Below, one piece after another: positions 19,112-28,930 of a stretch of DNA of 64,000 bases. The DNA lies in IMG/VR virus record IMGVR_UViG_3300040974_000011; one strand, given 5' to 3'. Numbering within the stretch: position 1 is the first letter of the stretch; each line of letters opens with the position of its first letter. This stretch comes from an uncultured virus (IMG/VR IMGVR_UViG_3300040974_000011). Taxonomy: Duplodnaviria; Heunggongvirae; Uroviricota; Caudoviricetes. Made by a program: the position numbers and the translations under genes. The notes under the pieces were generated by a model, which was given only the letters and a program-made list of their open reading frames with translations, was not told where the DNA came from and searched no databases.

Positions 19112-19840
19112 ATGCCCAAGTTTGTCGTCTACCGCATCGGCAACGGCCTTGACGGCAAGGCGTACATCGGCAGGACCATCAACCCGCATTCTCGCTGGAA
19201 GACACACAAGGCCTACGCTCGTTCAGGCCGTGGGTTCTCGCTCCACCAAGCGATGCGCGAGTGCGGTGTCGATAATTTCAGCTTCGACATCATCGGCGAA
19301 TTCGATGCTTTGGATGATGCAAAGCGTGCCGAATTTGAGGCCATTGCGGCAGGCGTCACGAACGATCCGGAGCGAGGGTACAACCTTACGGCCGGCGGGG
19401 ATGATCAGCCGGAGATTGCGCGCCTCGCTGTAGCGTTCGTCGCCTCTAGGCGCGCGACTGATGAGGAAGCGGAGATTGCCCGCAGCAGCGCGCGAGCAAA
19501 GAAAGCCGCCGTCACTCTGGGTCGCGAAGCCGTGCATGCGAAGCTGGCGCGAGCCAGGGCGGCAATCCCAGCAGAGAAGCGAACTGCGATGGGGTTGGCG
19601 CTGGTCAAACGCTTAGATGAAGCGCAGCGGAGAGCCAAGGCAAAGCGGGCGAACGACACCCTTGGCCCCGAAGGGCGAAGCCTGAGAGCCAAGAGGGCCG
19701 TTGCCACGCTCGGAGCCGAAGGGTTGAGCGCAAGAGCGAAGAAGGTGGTCGCCGCTCAGACCCCCGAGCAACGATCCGAGGCGCGGAGGAAAGCTTGGGA
19801 GACAAGGCGCCTCAGAAGCCGCGCGGCTCAGGTGAAATAA
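19112..19840 (+). CDS. GIY-YIG homing endonuclease-like protein
   Basis: VVYRI...KAYIGRT...RWKTH...E...GYNLTAGG. Confidence 0.85.
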   Translation: MPKFVVYRIGNGLDGKAYIGRTINPHSRWKTHKAYARSGRGFSLHQAMRECGVDNFSFDIIGEFDALDDAKRAEFEAIAAGVTNDPERGYNLTAGGDDQPEIARLAVAFVASRRATDEEAEIARSSARAKKAAVTLGREAVHAKLARARAAIPAEKRTAMGLALVKRLDEAQRRAKAKRANDTLGPEGRSLRAKRAVATLGAEGLSARAKKVVAAQTPEQRSEARRKAWETRRLRSRAAQVK

Positions 19841-20070
19841 ATGCCTTGGAATAACTGGGCAGCGATCTGCTGAGCCTCGTCACGCTGAGTCTCAAAATCT
19901 CCAAATCCGCTGTGCGTCATGCGGGCTATTATATCCTCGGATCGCCTACGCATTTTCTCGACGTTGGCATTTGAGGCGGCTGGGCCATTCGTTTGCGACG
20001 CAACCCAGGTCACTAGCATCGCTAGGACGGCCTTCATGGCGATCGTTTCGCTAGGAGTAGGTGCGGACAT
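19828..20070 (-). CDS. hypothetical moron protein
   Basis: 80-aa ORF with GAGG RBS, opposite to the late operon. Confidence 0.5.
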   Translation of the reverse strand: MSAPTPSETIAMKAVLAMLVTWVASQTNGPAASNANVEKMRRRSEDIIARMTHSGFGDFETQRDEAQQIAAQLFQGIYFT

Positions 20071-20156
20071 GTCTGCCTCGTTGCGGCGGGAGCAAGCTAG
20101 ATACCGCGTCCATCGAGTTCGTCGAACCGGTCTGAGCTTGAGCCTCAAGGATACGC

Positions 20157-20915
20157 ATGGCCCTGCTCGGCGCAATCACTGACGCGCTCTTCCGCCCATC
20201 CTCCCGGGCAATCGACATCATCATCCCGGATGTCGTGTTCGAAGAGATCCACCGCGACGAGTTGATCATCACGCAGCACCCCGTTGAGAAGGGGGCCGCG
20301 ATCACTGACCACGCCTTCAAGCGGCCTGCCGAACTGGAGATGCGGGTCGGTTGGTCGGACTCGACCGCCGGTTATATGGGCTACGCCCGGCAGGTCTACG
20401 ATCGCCTGCGCCGGCTGCAGGATGAGCGGCGCCCGTTCCCGGTTTATACGGGGAAAAGGCGCTACGCGAATATGCTGATGCGCGGCCTCGCGCTCACCAC
20501 CGACGACAAGAGCGAGTATGCCGCGCTTGTGGTCGTGGCTCTGCAGGAGGTCATCCTGACCTCGACGCAGACGACTGGCGGTCAGCAGAACGGCGCTGCT
20601 GCGCCGGGTGCAAATTCGGACCAGGCGAACCCAGCTTCAACCGGCAGCGTCACCAACAGCGGTAGCGTAGCAACTACTGACGTGGGCCCTCAGGCATTCT
20701 CTGGGGCTTTCAGCCCAGGCAGCACGGCGGCTCCCGGCGATCTTGGGCTGGGCGGTGCGGTCGGTGAAGGCTTGAGCGGCCTGAGCGCATCCAACTACTC
20801 GGTCGACGTCGGCGAGATGACCATCCAAGACGGCGAGACCGGCGAGATCCTGAACCAAGGACCCGAACCCGCCCAGCCGCTGAACATCTTCGGCGCCGGC
20901 AACCCGGGGTTCTGA
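20157..20915 (+). CDS. baseplate/distal tail protein (Dit-like)
   Basis: EEIHRDEL.ITQHPVEKGA.ITDHA...YTGKRRYANML. Confidence 0.8.
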   Translation: MALLGAITDALFRPSSRAIDIIIPDVVFEEIHRDELIITQHPVEKGAAITDHAFKRPAELEMRVGWSDSTAGYMGYARQVYDRLRRLQDERRPFPVYTGKRRYANMLMRGLALTTDDKSEYAALVVVALQEVILTSTQTTGGQQNGAAAPGANSDQANPASTGSVTNSGSVATTDVGPQAFSGAFSPGSTAAPGDLGLGGAVGEGLSGLSASNYSVDVGEMTIQDGETGEILNQGPEPAQPLNIFGAGNPGF

Positions 20916-20916
20916 C

Positions 20917-21234
20917 GTGCCGACTGCTGTCGAGATCCCACTGAAGCCGTCGCAAGCGCAGCGTTTCAGCGTCACGCTGAGCGACGTGACCTACAACATG
21001 CGGCTCACCTACAACATCGCGCAGGACGGCTGCTGGGTGCTCGACATCGGCGACGCGAACGGGGCGCTTCTCGTGGCCGGCATTCCGCTGGTGTCAGGCG
21101 TCGATCTCCTTTCGCAGTACCGCTACCTCGGCATCCCCGGCGCGCTGCTCGTGACGACGGATCGCGGCGCGGGCGAGGTGCCGACTTTCGACGGTCTCGG
21201 CGTCACGTCCCACCTGTACTACGTGGCCCCATGA
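20917..21234 (+). CDS. baseplate protein
   Basis: WVLDIGDANG..LVAGIPLVSGVDLLSQYRYLG. Confidence 0.75.
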   Translation: MPTAVEIPLKPSQAQRFSVTLSDVTYNMRLTYNIAQDGCWVLDIGDANGALLVAGIPLVSGVDLLSQYRYLGIPGALLVTTDRGAGEVPTFDGLGVTSHLYYVAP

Positions 21235-22196
21235 CGCTGCAGTATCTGCGAACGCTCACGGCAGCCATCGAAGGAGGGCCGACCTTCCACTATGATGGTG
21301 AGCGAGACGAAGGCTTTCGCATCCGCTTTCTAACGCAGCAGCGTGACGCCAGCACGCCCAACGTGCTTCACCTTCTGGTCAGCAATCTTAGTACGGCAAC
21401 GTCACAGCCGGCTTTTTACGAGAATAGGCGCTGCAAACTGTCGGCCGGCTATGTGGATGGCGGCGAATTCCTGTTGTTCGACGGGGAGATACGGCAGGCA
21501 AGGGACCTGCGTGAGAGCGTGACGGATCGAGTTCTTGATCTGCTGGTGACGGACAAAAGCATGCCGCGCAATTACGCCGTGGCGGTTGGGGCGCTGAATG
21601 CCGGCCACACGATGAAGGACCGCGCTGAACTAGCGTTCAAAGGCTTTCGCGATCTCGGGGTAAAGATTGGCTACATCTGCGACCTGATGCCGGGCATCAA
21701 GTTCCCGCGTGGGTTTACCTATGCCGGGGATGCCAATAAGTTGCTGCGGGAAGTATGCCGAGCCACTCAGACATCGTGGAGCATCCAGAACGGCACTCTG
21801 CAAATCGTCCCTAACACCAAGGCCAAGCCGGGCGGAGCAATCGTTCTGAATAGCCAGACTGGATTGCTAGGATGGCCGATCCAGACGATCCAAGGAATAG
21901 AGGGAACAGCGATCCTTAACGGACAGATTGTCCCGACGTGCCTTGTGAAGATAAATGAGAGTAGCATCCAGCGAGCGGCGATTGATGTGAGCTATGCCGG
22001 CGACGTGACGAACAAGATGCTGCCAAAAATCGCGACAGATGGTCTGTATAAAATTCTGACAGTCAGCCACCGCGGTGATACGCGCGGCAACGATTTCGCC
22101 ACGGACTTTATCGGCATAAGAAACGGCGACAATATCCCGGTTGCGATGGCAAGCCGAGGCATTGACAGTAACTATTCCGCGCAGGGCCAGCGATGA
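21231..22196 (+). CDS. baseplate hub protein
   Basis: LSAGY...LFDGEI...WSIQNG...TGLLGWP...HRGDTRGN. Confidence 0.8.
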   Translation: MTLQYLRTLTAAIEGGPTFHYDGERDEGFRIRFLTQQRDASTPNVLHLLVSNLSTATSQPAFYENRRCKLSAGYVDGGEFLLFDGEIRQARDLRESVTDRVLDLLVTDKSMPRNYAVAVGALNAGHTMKDRAELAFKGFRDLGVKIGYICDLMPGIKFPRGFTYAGDANKLLREVCRATQTSWSIQNGTLQIVPNTKAKPGGAIVLNSQTGLLGWPIQTIQGIEGTAILNGQIVPTCLVKINESSIQRAAIDVSYAGDVTNKMLPKIATDGLYKILTVSHRGDTRGNDFATDFIGIRNGDNIPVAMASRGIDSNYSAQGQR

Positions 22197-22241
22197 GATC
22201 CAGGGCTCTCGTCTCGCCGCAGGCACACTGAGGGCGCCTAT

Positions 22242-24755
22242 ATGGCTGGCTTCAACATTGCCGATTTCTTCGCGCTCGTCTCGTTTAAGACGGACGAAGG
22301 ATCGCAGGCGCGAGCTGTAAATAGTTACGCGAAATTTGAAAAAGCGGTCAAGGACAGCGAAGCCCGGATTGAGAAAGCAAAGGCCGAAGGGGCCAAAGCG
22401 TCGGTCCGCTATGCTCTTGAAATTGAGGCTGCGCAACATCGCGAGGTGCTAGAAGCGGCCAAAACGGCCGCAAAGGTTGCGGAAGCTGAGGCGCTGAAGG
22501 TCCGGGCGCATCAGCAGAGTTCTAGGCAGCAGGCCGAAGCCATTGGCTTCTCTGTAACCAAATACATGGCTCTGTTGGATGTGGTCACGCGAGTAGCGAC
22601 GGCCGTGTCCTCATCCATCGGCGGTATGGTTGGCGGCTTTGATCGCCTGCATTACGTCTCGGGACGAACCGGCGCGTCTGTCGAAAGTCTCAAGAACCTC
22701 GAGCATGCGTTCACGCAGGTTGGTGGCAAGGCTGGCGAAGCTGTCTCCGCCGTTGAGAGCTTTCAGCAGAAGCTGCGCAATAACGAGGGCCTGCGAGGCT
22801 TCGTGAAGGGCCTCGGCGTCGACATGACCAAGGACGGCGCCCAGCAGATGCTGGATACCGTAGCCGCTCTCAACGCCCAGAACGGGCGCGAGGTGGGGGC
22901 GCTTCAGGCCGGCATGCTCGGGATCAGCGAAGAGCAATACGACCTGATGGTCCGCCAATCCGAGGGCGTGAAGAGGTACTACGCCGAGCGCGCCAAGGCC
23001 GTGAAGGCATTCAATCTTGATGAGAAGGCGGCCGGCGACGCCAGCGCGAAGCTGATGCAATCGCTAGGAACGCTGTCGGTCACGGCGGAAGTCGGCTTCA
23101 GCAAATTGCTGACCGCCGTTGTCCCCCGCCTCACGGCGTGGATTGAGCGCATCACGGAATGGTTCAAGTCCAATCAGGAGCAGATCGGGCAGTTTATCAC
23201 GTGGATCGGCGACAAGATCGAACTGGTTGGCAACAAGGCCGATGAGTTCTTTCGGGGTCTTGCCGGCACACTTGAGGACAAGGAGAAACAGAAGGCGTTC
23301 GACGCTTGGAAAGACGGTCTGACTGGGATCGGCGACGCCATCCAGCGGATCACCCGGTTCTCGCAGGATCTGGTCAACTCGCCGCTCTGGCGGCTGCTCA
23401 AGCTTCTGACGATCGACAACCCGCTCGCCACGTGGCCGAGCACGCTCCTGGGCAAGGTCATCGGCGGCGCGGAGGCGAGCGGCTACAACTCGCGTACCGA
23501 TGCCGGGCCGGCGGGAACGGTGCCGCCTGACGACCGCACGCTTTGGCAGCGGATGGCGCCCAAGGCGCTCGGCGGCAAGGATGCACCCGCGGCTGGTAGC
23601 GGCTCGCGCTCGTTCCGCAACAACAACCCAGGGAATATCAAGGCTGGGGCGTTCGCTGATAGCATGGGCGCGACCGGCAAGGACGACGCCGGCTTCGCGA
23701 CCTTCCCTGACTACGCCACGGGACGGAAGGCTCAAGAGTCCCTGTTGTTCAACAGCAAGGGCTACAAGGATCTGACGATTGCGCAGGCTATCGCACGCTG
23801 GGCGCCCGGCAGCGACGGGAACGACCCGGTCGGCTATGCGGCGCAGATGGCGAAAGCCGCGGGCGTGGACGTCAACACGAAGCTGGCGGACCTCACGCCG
23901 GATCAGCGCAGTCGCTTCCTTGACGCGCAGCAGCGGAAGGAAGGTTGGATCCCGGCGGCGGCCCCGGGAACTGTGAGCGGCACCGGTCGGCAGGTTGCGG
24001 GCGATGTGGCTCCGGTTAACGGGGTCGGTGGCGTGCTACAGCGACAGGCTAGCGCGAAGTACCGGCGTCAGAATATCGCCGATACCCTCCGCGATCAGAT
24101 CCGCGCGGCGTCCATAGCCGCGGGTGTCAATGCCGAGATCTACTCGGGCGGCCAGGATGAAAGCGGCCCTGGCCATACTGGCAGCCATCGGCACGACCAC
24201 GGCGGTTCGGCAGACCTGAAGCTGTACGTCTTGGATGAGAACGGAAAGCCTCGTTTCCTGTCGATGAACAACGATGCCGACCGCTCCAAGATGGAGGCCT
24301 TCATCCGCGAGAGCGTGAAGGCTGGTGCGAACGGCGTCGGGTCTGGGCCCGGCTATATGGGTGAGAGCGGCATCCACGTCGGCGGCGGTTCGCCGGCCGC
24401 ATGGGGCGCAGGCGGATCCTCTGCCAACGCGCCTGATTGGGTGCGCAGAGCGCACGCGGCCGGTATGGCGGCGCGCGGCCGAGCGGCTTCCGCTCCGATC
24501 GTCATGCCTCGGTTGCCTCGCCTAGGCGCTACTGGCCCCGGCTCTTTCGACGTGAACGGCGCGCTTGGATCCTCTCCGATGGGCGCGTCGTCGATCACCA
24601 ACAACACGTCCAGCCGCGACCTGACGGTGAGCAACAGCTTCAAGGTGGATATCCACGGGAGCGGCGATCCGAGAACGACAGCCGATATGTTCGAGAAGTC
24701 GGCGGCTCGTGTCAGCATGCAGGCGCTTGAGAATGCGCAGAGCGCGTCGCGATAG
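22242..24755 (+). CDS. tape measure protein with C-terminal muralytic domains
   Basis: Helical N-terminal half; RNNNPGNI lysozyme-like motif; GSHRHDHGGSADL...GIHVG peptidase-like motif. Confidence 0.7.
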   Translation: MAGFNIADFFALVSFKTDEGSQARAVNSYAKFEKAVKDSEARIEKAKAEGAKASVRYALEIEAAQHREVLEAAKTAAKVAEAEALKVRAHQQSSRQQAEAIGFSVTKYMALLDVVTRVATAVSSSIGGMVGGFDRLHYVSGRTGASVESLKNLEHAFTQVGGKAGEAVSAVESFQQKLRNNEGLRGFVKGLGVDMTKDGAQQMLDTVAALNAQNGREVGALQAGMLGISEEQYDLMVRQSEGVKRYYAERAKAVKAFNLDEKAAGDASAKLMQSLGTLSVTAEVGFSKLLTAVVPRLTAWIERITEWFKSNQEQIGQFITWIGDKIELVGNKADEFFRGLAGTLEDKEKQKAFDAWKDGLTGIGDAIQRITRFSQDLVNSPLWRLLKLLTIDNPLATWPSTLLGKVIGGAEASGYNSRTDAGPAGTVPPDDRTLWQRMAPKALGGKDAPAAGSGSRSFRNNNPGNIKAGAFADSMGATGKDDAGFATFPDYATGRKAQESLLFNSKGYKDLTIAQAIARWAPGSDGNDPVGYAAQMAKAAGVDVNTKLADLTPDQRSRFLDAQQRKEGWIPAAAPGTVSGTGRQVAGDVAPVNGVGGVLQRQASAKYRRQNIADTLRDQIRAASIAAGVNAEIYSGGQDESGPGHTGSHRHDHGGSADLKLYVLDENGKPRFLSMNNDADRSKMEAFIRESVKAGANGVGSGPGYMGESGIHVGGGSPAAWGAGGSSANAPDWVRRAHAAGMAARGRAASAPIVMPRLPRLGATGPGSFDVNGALGSSPMGASSITNNTSSRDLTVSNSFKVDIHGSGDPRTTADMFEKSAARVSMQALENAQSASR

Positions 24756-24756
24756 G

Positions 24757-25107
24757 CTACTCGCCGAAATGAAGTAGCCGGCGGATGTATGCCTTTGGCA
24801 CGCACCGCCGGACGCGGCGAAGATCAGACTCGGCCGCAGTGTCGCGGGTGTATGGGCCGACCCCGACGATAGTTAGGCCAGCCTCTAGCCCGCCGAATTG
24901 CTCAGATGGGTAAACCGACACGTCCAGCCCGCAGCGGCGAGCGGCCAGATAGGTGCGGTCGGACAGGTTGCCACCGTGGCCGGTGTTCTGGTCGGTCAGA
25001 ATTTCGGTGACTACCCACGGGCCGCTTATTCCACCCACGCGGGTGTCAAGCGCCGCTGCCGGCTGAGTGACGAAAGCGAGGATCACGGCGGCAAGGGCGT
25101 AGCGCAT
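24757..25107 (-). CDS. secreted moron protein
   Basis: Signal peptide MRYALAAVILAFVTQPAAA; antisense to the late operon. Confidence 0.6.
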   Translation of the reverse strand: MRYALAAVILAFVTQPAAALDTRVGGISGPWVVTEILTDQNTGHGGNLSDRTYLAARRCGLDVSVYPSEQFGGLEAGLTIVGVGPYTRDTAAESDLRRVRRCVPKAYIRRLLHFGE

Positions 25108-25151
25108 TGCATAGAGATAGATGGCTCACACGCTCTCTCCAAGCCCTCGTG

Positions 25152-25493
25152 CTACCGCCGGAAGCGAGGCGTTGGGCCTGAGCTATCTCGGTCGACCCTC
25201 TCCGCCTCTGCTTGTGCTGAAACGAAGTTCGCAAGAGCCTTGTAGAAAGCGTAATAATTTGCTCCGAGATCCTCGGAAAATTTGGAGCAGAGCGTCTGCC
25301 TTTGAGACGACAACGCGGGCCAAATTGACTTAACATAGTCGTAGTTGCTCTGCTCGGACCGGATGCATGCCGCCACAAGGGTGCGGTCAACTAGCGTGGA
25401 GCAGGCCCGCTCAACGTCGTGCTCAGGGATCGGCGCTGCCGAGGCGCTTTCAATCCAAGTGAGCATTAAAACGGCAGTTGCAATGTTGCGCAT
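25152..25493 (-). CDS. secreted Cys-containing moron protein
   Basis: Signal peptide MRNIATAVLMLTWIESASA; three Cys in the mature part. Confidence 0.6.
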   Translation of the reverse strand: MRNIATAVLMLTWIESASAAPIPEHDVERACSTLVDRTLVAACIRSEQSNYDYVKSIWPALSSQRQTLCSKFSEDLGANYYAFYKALANFVSAQAEAERVDRDSSGPTPRFRR

Positions 25494-25540
25494 GGTGACG
25501 TGCATAGCACGCTGCGGGCCCGAGGTGGAAAGGAGCGACC

Positions 25541-26164
25541 ATGGATCCCCGCGTCCGCTTCTTCGACGAGACCGAACTGCTGGAAACCCTAGCCGACGAC
25601 ATCCAGTCACGGATCCGCACGGCCATCCCGGTCGCCCTCTCCGAGGACAGCGAGGACGGCCACAGCGTCAAAGTGCAGGCGCAGACCAAGCTGGTTCGGC
25701 GCGCTGCTGATGGAACGCTCTCGACCTTCTCCATGCCGCAGGTCTCTGACGTCGTCGTCAAACATGCCGGCGGTGGCACGCTTACCAAGACAGTGCCGCT
25801 GAAGAAGGGCGACGAAGGCATCTTCATCGTCGCCGATCGAGCCCTTGACGCTTGGTATCAGCAGAGCGGCGAGCAGGCCGCGGTTGACGCCCGCATGCAC
25901 TCGCTCAGCGATGGCTGGTACGTGCCGGGCGGCCGCTCCCTGCCGCGCAAACTCAAGGGCGTGTCCAAGGACTCCATGCAGTCCCGGACCGACGATAAGA
26001 AGACCGTTCACGACGTCAGCGAGAGCGCCGTGACCGCCGTCCGCGAGCAAAGCGCCCACCAGGTCAACGGCATGGCCGTGCAAAGCGAAAAGGGCAGTTC
26101 TCGGCACATCGTGGACACCCAGGGCATCCAGTCCCAAGGCGGCAAGTTCTTCTGGAATTCCTGA
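25541..26164 (+). CDS. baseplate spike (Gp138-like)
   Basis: RTAIP...PLKKGDEG..IVADRALDAW...RMHSLSDG. Confidence 0.85.
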   Translation: MDPRVRFFDETELLETLADDIQSRIRTAIPVALSEDSEDGHSVKVQAQTKLVRRAADGTLSTFSMPQVSDVVVKHAGGGTLTKTVPLKKGDEGIFIVADRALDAWYQQSGEQAAVDARMHSLSDGWYVPGGRSLPRKLKGVSKDSMQSRTDDKKTVHDVSESAVTAVREQSAHQVNGMAVQSEKGSSRHIVDTQGIQSQGGKFFWNS

Positions 26165-27003
26165 TGGCTGGTGGGATCTCGTTCCCGGCCGCTCTCCAGC
26201 TTCTGGATGGGCAGCCGCACAAGAAGGTCGGGACCGCTTTCTTCGAACGCCTGCCGCTCGCCAAGGTGCTGTCGGGAGGTGATGTCTCTAGCCTTATGCC
26301 GAAGGTGCTCGCGGACGGGAACCTGTCGAGCGTGATGGGGAACCCCATGGCTGGGGCTACGGGGGCGCTACAGGCCCAGATCGGGCAGGCGGCACAGCAG
26401 ATACAGGCCGCGGGCGTGCCGGGCGCCAGCGGGCTAATTTCGAGCCTCACGGGGGCATCCGGTCTTGCGTCGGCCGCGACGCAATTTCAGGCGTCAGGCG
26501 ACAACCTCTCCGGCGCTACCAATGGGCAAGTCGGCTTCTACGCGCTGGCCGGCCACGACAGCCTTCTCTCCATGCTGGGCAACGCCGCCCCGTCTGCGCT
26601 GGCACCCTCTCGTGTCCTCGGGCCCGTCGCTTCGGGCGATCTGCTCGGCAGCATGACCTCAGGCCTGCAGTCCATGGCGTCGGCCGTGATCGGCGGTACG
26701 ATGACGCCTGATGCCGCGACGGTGTGGGTGCAGCAGCAGACGATCGCGCTTCAGGGCATCGTCGCAGCCTCGGCCGACGCTCTCACGCAAGGGCAGGCGA
26801 TCCAGATGCAAGCCTCGACGGTGGCGACAGTTTCGGGGCTTGTCGCTCTGCCTCCAGGCGTTGCCGCCACGCCGATCCAGGCTGCTATCGCTGGCTTCGT
26901 CACCCCGTCAGCTCGCGCCGCAATGGATGCTGCCAACATGGCTCAGCGGCCGGAGCAGACCCATGATCCGGTGGACGTGGCCGCGATGACTTCGCTGGAC
27001 TGA
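26164..27003 (+). CDS. hypothetical virion protein
   Basis: Ala/Gly/Ser-rich ORF coupled to the spike gene. Confidence 0.55.
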   Translation: MAGGISFPAALQLLDGQPHKKVGTAFFERLPLAKVLSGGDVSSLMPKVLADGNLSSVMGNPMAGATGALQAQIGQAAQQIQAAGVPGASGLISSLTGASGLASAATQFQASGDNLSGATNGQVGFYALAGHDSLLSMLGNAAPSALAPSRVLGPVASGDLLGSMTSGLQSMASAVIGGTMTPDAATVWVQQQTIALQGIVAASADALTQGQAIQMQASTVATVSGLVALPPGVAATPIQAAIAGFVTPSARAAMDAANMAQRPEQTHDPVDVAAMTSLD

Positions 27004-27006
27004 CCG

Positions 27007-27402
27007 ATGAGAATTCGCAAAGTCGACGCGAGCGGCGACATGGTGATGGGAGGCGACCAAGCCTCCATCTGGCGCGACGTGCCCGAAGTGGTCGGCGTCC
27101 TCGTCGAAGCCCGGCTGAACCTCTGGGAAGGGCAGTGGTGGCTGGATGCCACGCAAGGGACGCCTTACGAGCAACAGGTGCTCGGCAAGCGCACCGAAGG
27201 GTTGCGCGATCCCGCCCTACAGGCTCGCATCCTCGATACCCCAGGTGTCGTCGAGATCGAGGCTTACAACAGCGTCCTTGATCGCCAGACCCGAGGCCTG
27301 ACCGTCTCGGCCACGATCCAGACCGTCTACTCGCGTTCCTACCTCGCGGGGCAGGGCGCCAACACCGCCAACATCACCGTCAAGGTGGAGAACGGTCGCT
27401 AA
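27007..27402 (+). CDS. baseplate wedge subunit (gp25-like)
   Basis: RLNLWEGQWWLD..GTPY..VLGK...RILDTPGV. Confidence 0.8.
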   Translation: MRIRKVDASGDMVMGGDQASIWRDVPEVVGVLVEARLNLWEGQWWLDATQGTPYEQQVLGKRTEGLRDPALQARILDTPGVVEIEAYNSVLDRQTRGLTVSATIQTVYSRSYLAGQGANTANITVKVENGR

Positions 27403-27404
27403 GC

Positions 27405-28595
27405 ATGGGCGCTACCCCTGTCTGCCAGATCACGGCTGCCGGCTGTATCCGCCCGACCTTTGCGGATTGCCTCGCCTACGTGCAGGCGTCCTACCGGGCG
27501 ATCTATGGCGCGGATATGATCCTGGACGCGGCCAGTCAGGATGGCCAGTTCATGGCTCTGCTGGCGGCCGGCATCCACGATGCGAACGGCGAGACGCTGG
27601 CGGCCTACAACGCTTTCTCGCCCTCCACGGCGCAAGGCGCGGGCCTCTCCTCCAACGTCAAGATCAACGGCATCCGGCGCAAGAGCGCGACCTTCTCGAC
27701 CTGCGATTTTCTTAACGTCGGGCAGGCCGGCATCACTGTGCCCGGCGGCGTCATCACTGACCCTGTCGGCAACCAGTGGTCGCTACCCGATTTCACCATC
27801 CCCGACGCGGGACAGATCACCGTTACCGGCACCTGTGTCACGCTCGGCGCCATCGCTCTCGCGCCCGGGGCCATTGATACCGCTAACGGCAAAGGCTCCA
27901 TCGCCACCATCACCCGCGGCTGGCAGTCGGTCACGAACCTATCCGCCGCCGCGCCAGGGCAGCCCGTAGAGAGCGACAGCGCGCTTCGGCAGCGCCAGTC
28001 CGTTTCGACCGCGATCCCGTCTCAGAGCCTCTTGGAAGGGCTCTACGGCACTCTCTTGGCCGTGACCGGCGCCATCCGCTGCCGGATGTATGAGAACGAC
28101 ACCGATTACACGGATGCGAACGGGCTGCCGGGGCACTCCATCTGCGCTGTGATCGACGGCGGTGACGCTCAGGTGATCGCCGATATCATCCGCCGCAAGA
28201 AGGGCAACGCCGGCACCTACGGCACGACGGTGATGCAGAGCACGGACGCCGCCGGCATCGTGCGCAACATCGCCTTCTCGCGCTCGGTCGAGGTGCCGAT
28301 CTCGTATGCCCTCCAGATCCGCAAATTGGCCTCCTACACGGCTAAGACGGATCTGGACGTGCGGACGGCTCTCTCGGACTGGACTAACGCACTCGGCATC
28401 GGCAACAGCGTCTACCGCGATCAAGCCTATGTGCCCGCAAAGCTCAACGGAACGGTCGAGGGCATGGGCTACGAGATCATCTCGCTCGCCATCGCTCGCA
28501 ATGGCAACGTGCCACTGCAGGCCGATGTGCCCTTGGCCTATGACGAGCGCGCAACCTGCGCGCCCGACAGCGTGACGACGAGCATCGTGCCATGA
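27405..28595 (+). CDS. baseplate J-like protein
   Basis: DGQF...PSTAQGAGLS..VKING...ESDSALRQRQ...YENDT...PGHSI. Confidence 0.9.
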   Translation: MGATPVCQITAAGCIRPTFADCLAYVQASYRAIYGADMILDAASQDGQFMALLAAGIHDANGETLAAYNAFSPSTAQGAGLSSNVKINGIRRKSATFSTCDFLNVGQAGITVPGGVITDPVGNQWSLPDFTIPDAGQITVTGTCVTLGAIALAPGAIDTANGKGSIATITRGWQSVTNLSAAAPGQPVESDSALRQRQSVSTAIPSQSLLEGLYGTLLAVTGAIRCRMYENDTDYTDANGLPGHSICAVIDGGDAQVIADIIRRKKGNAGTYGTTVMQSTDAAGIVRNIAFSRSVEVPISYALQIRKLASYTAKTDLDVRTALSDWTNALGIGNSVYRDQAYVPAKLNGTVEGMGYEIISLAIARNGNVPLQADVPLAYDERATCAPDSVTTSIVP

Positions 28596-28930
28596 ATGTC
28601 AGCTCACGCTATCCTCGTGCAGCTCGCATCTCCGATGATGCCTGCATCCGAGCGGCCGCGCCGAGGTCTGAGGGCGTGATCCTCGCACGCCCTGGGGATG
28701 TCCTGACCTGCCCTGACGGGCATCCTGTCTGGCGGATCGTCGAGAATGTGCTGACTAGCGACAAGGCGTCGCCAACTTGGTTTCGGCGCTTGGATTGCGA
28801 CGAGCCTCCGGCCGTCGGTAAGGCGCCTCCTTGCCCAACTTGCGGATGCGAGATTTGCCCACCGATTGCTGACCAGCCTGGGCGGTACGCCATGTTCGTC
28901 AACGGCCAACTGGCTTGCTCGGCGCCCTGA
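28592..28930 (+). CDS. hypothetical Cys-rich protein
   Basis: Coupled to both neighbours; CPDGH and CPTCG motifs. Confidence 0.55.
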   Translation: MNVSSRYPRAARISDDACIRAAAPRSEGVILARPGDVLTCPDGHPVWRIVENVLTSDKASPTWFRRLDCDEPPAVGKAPPCPTCGCEICPPIADQPGRYAMFVNGQLACSAP

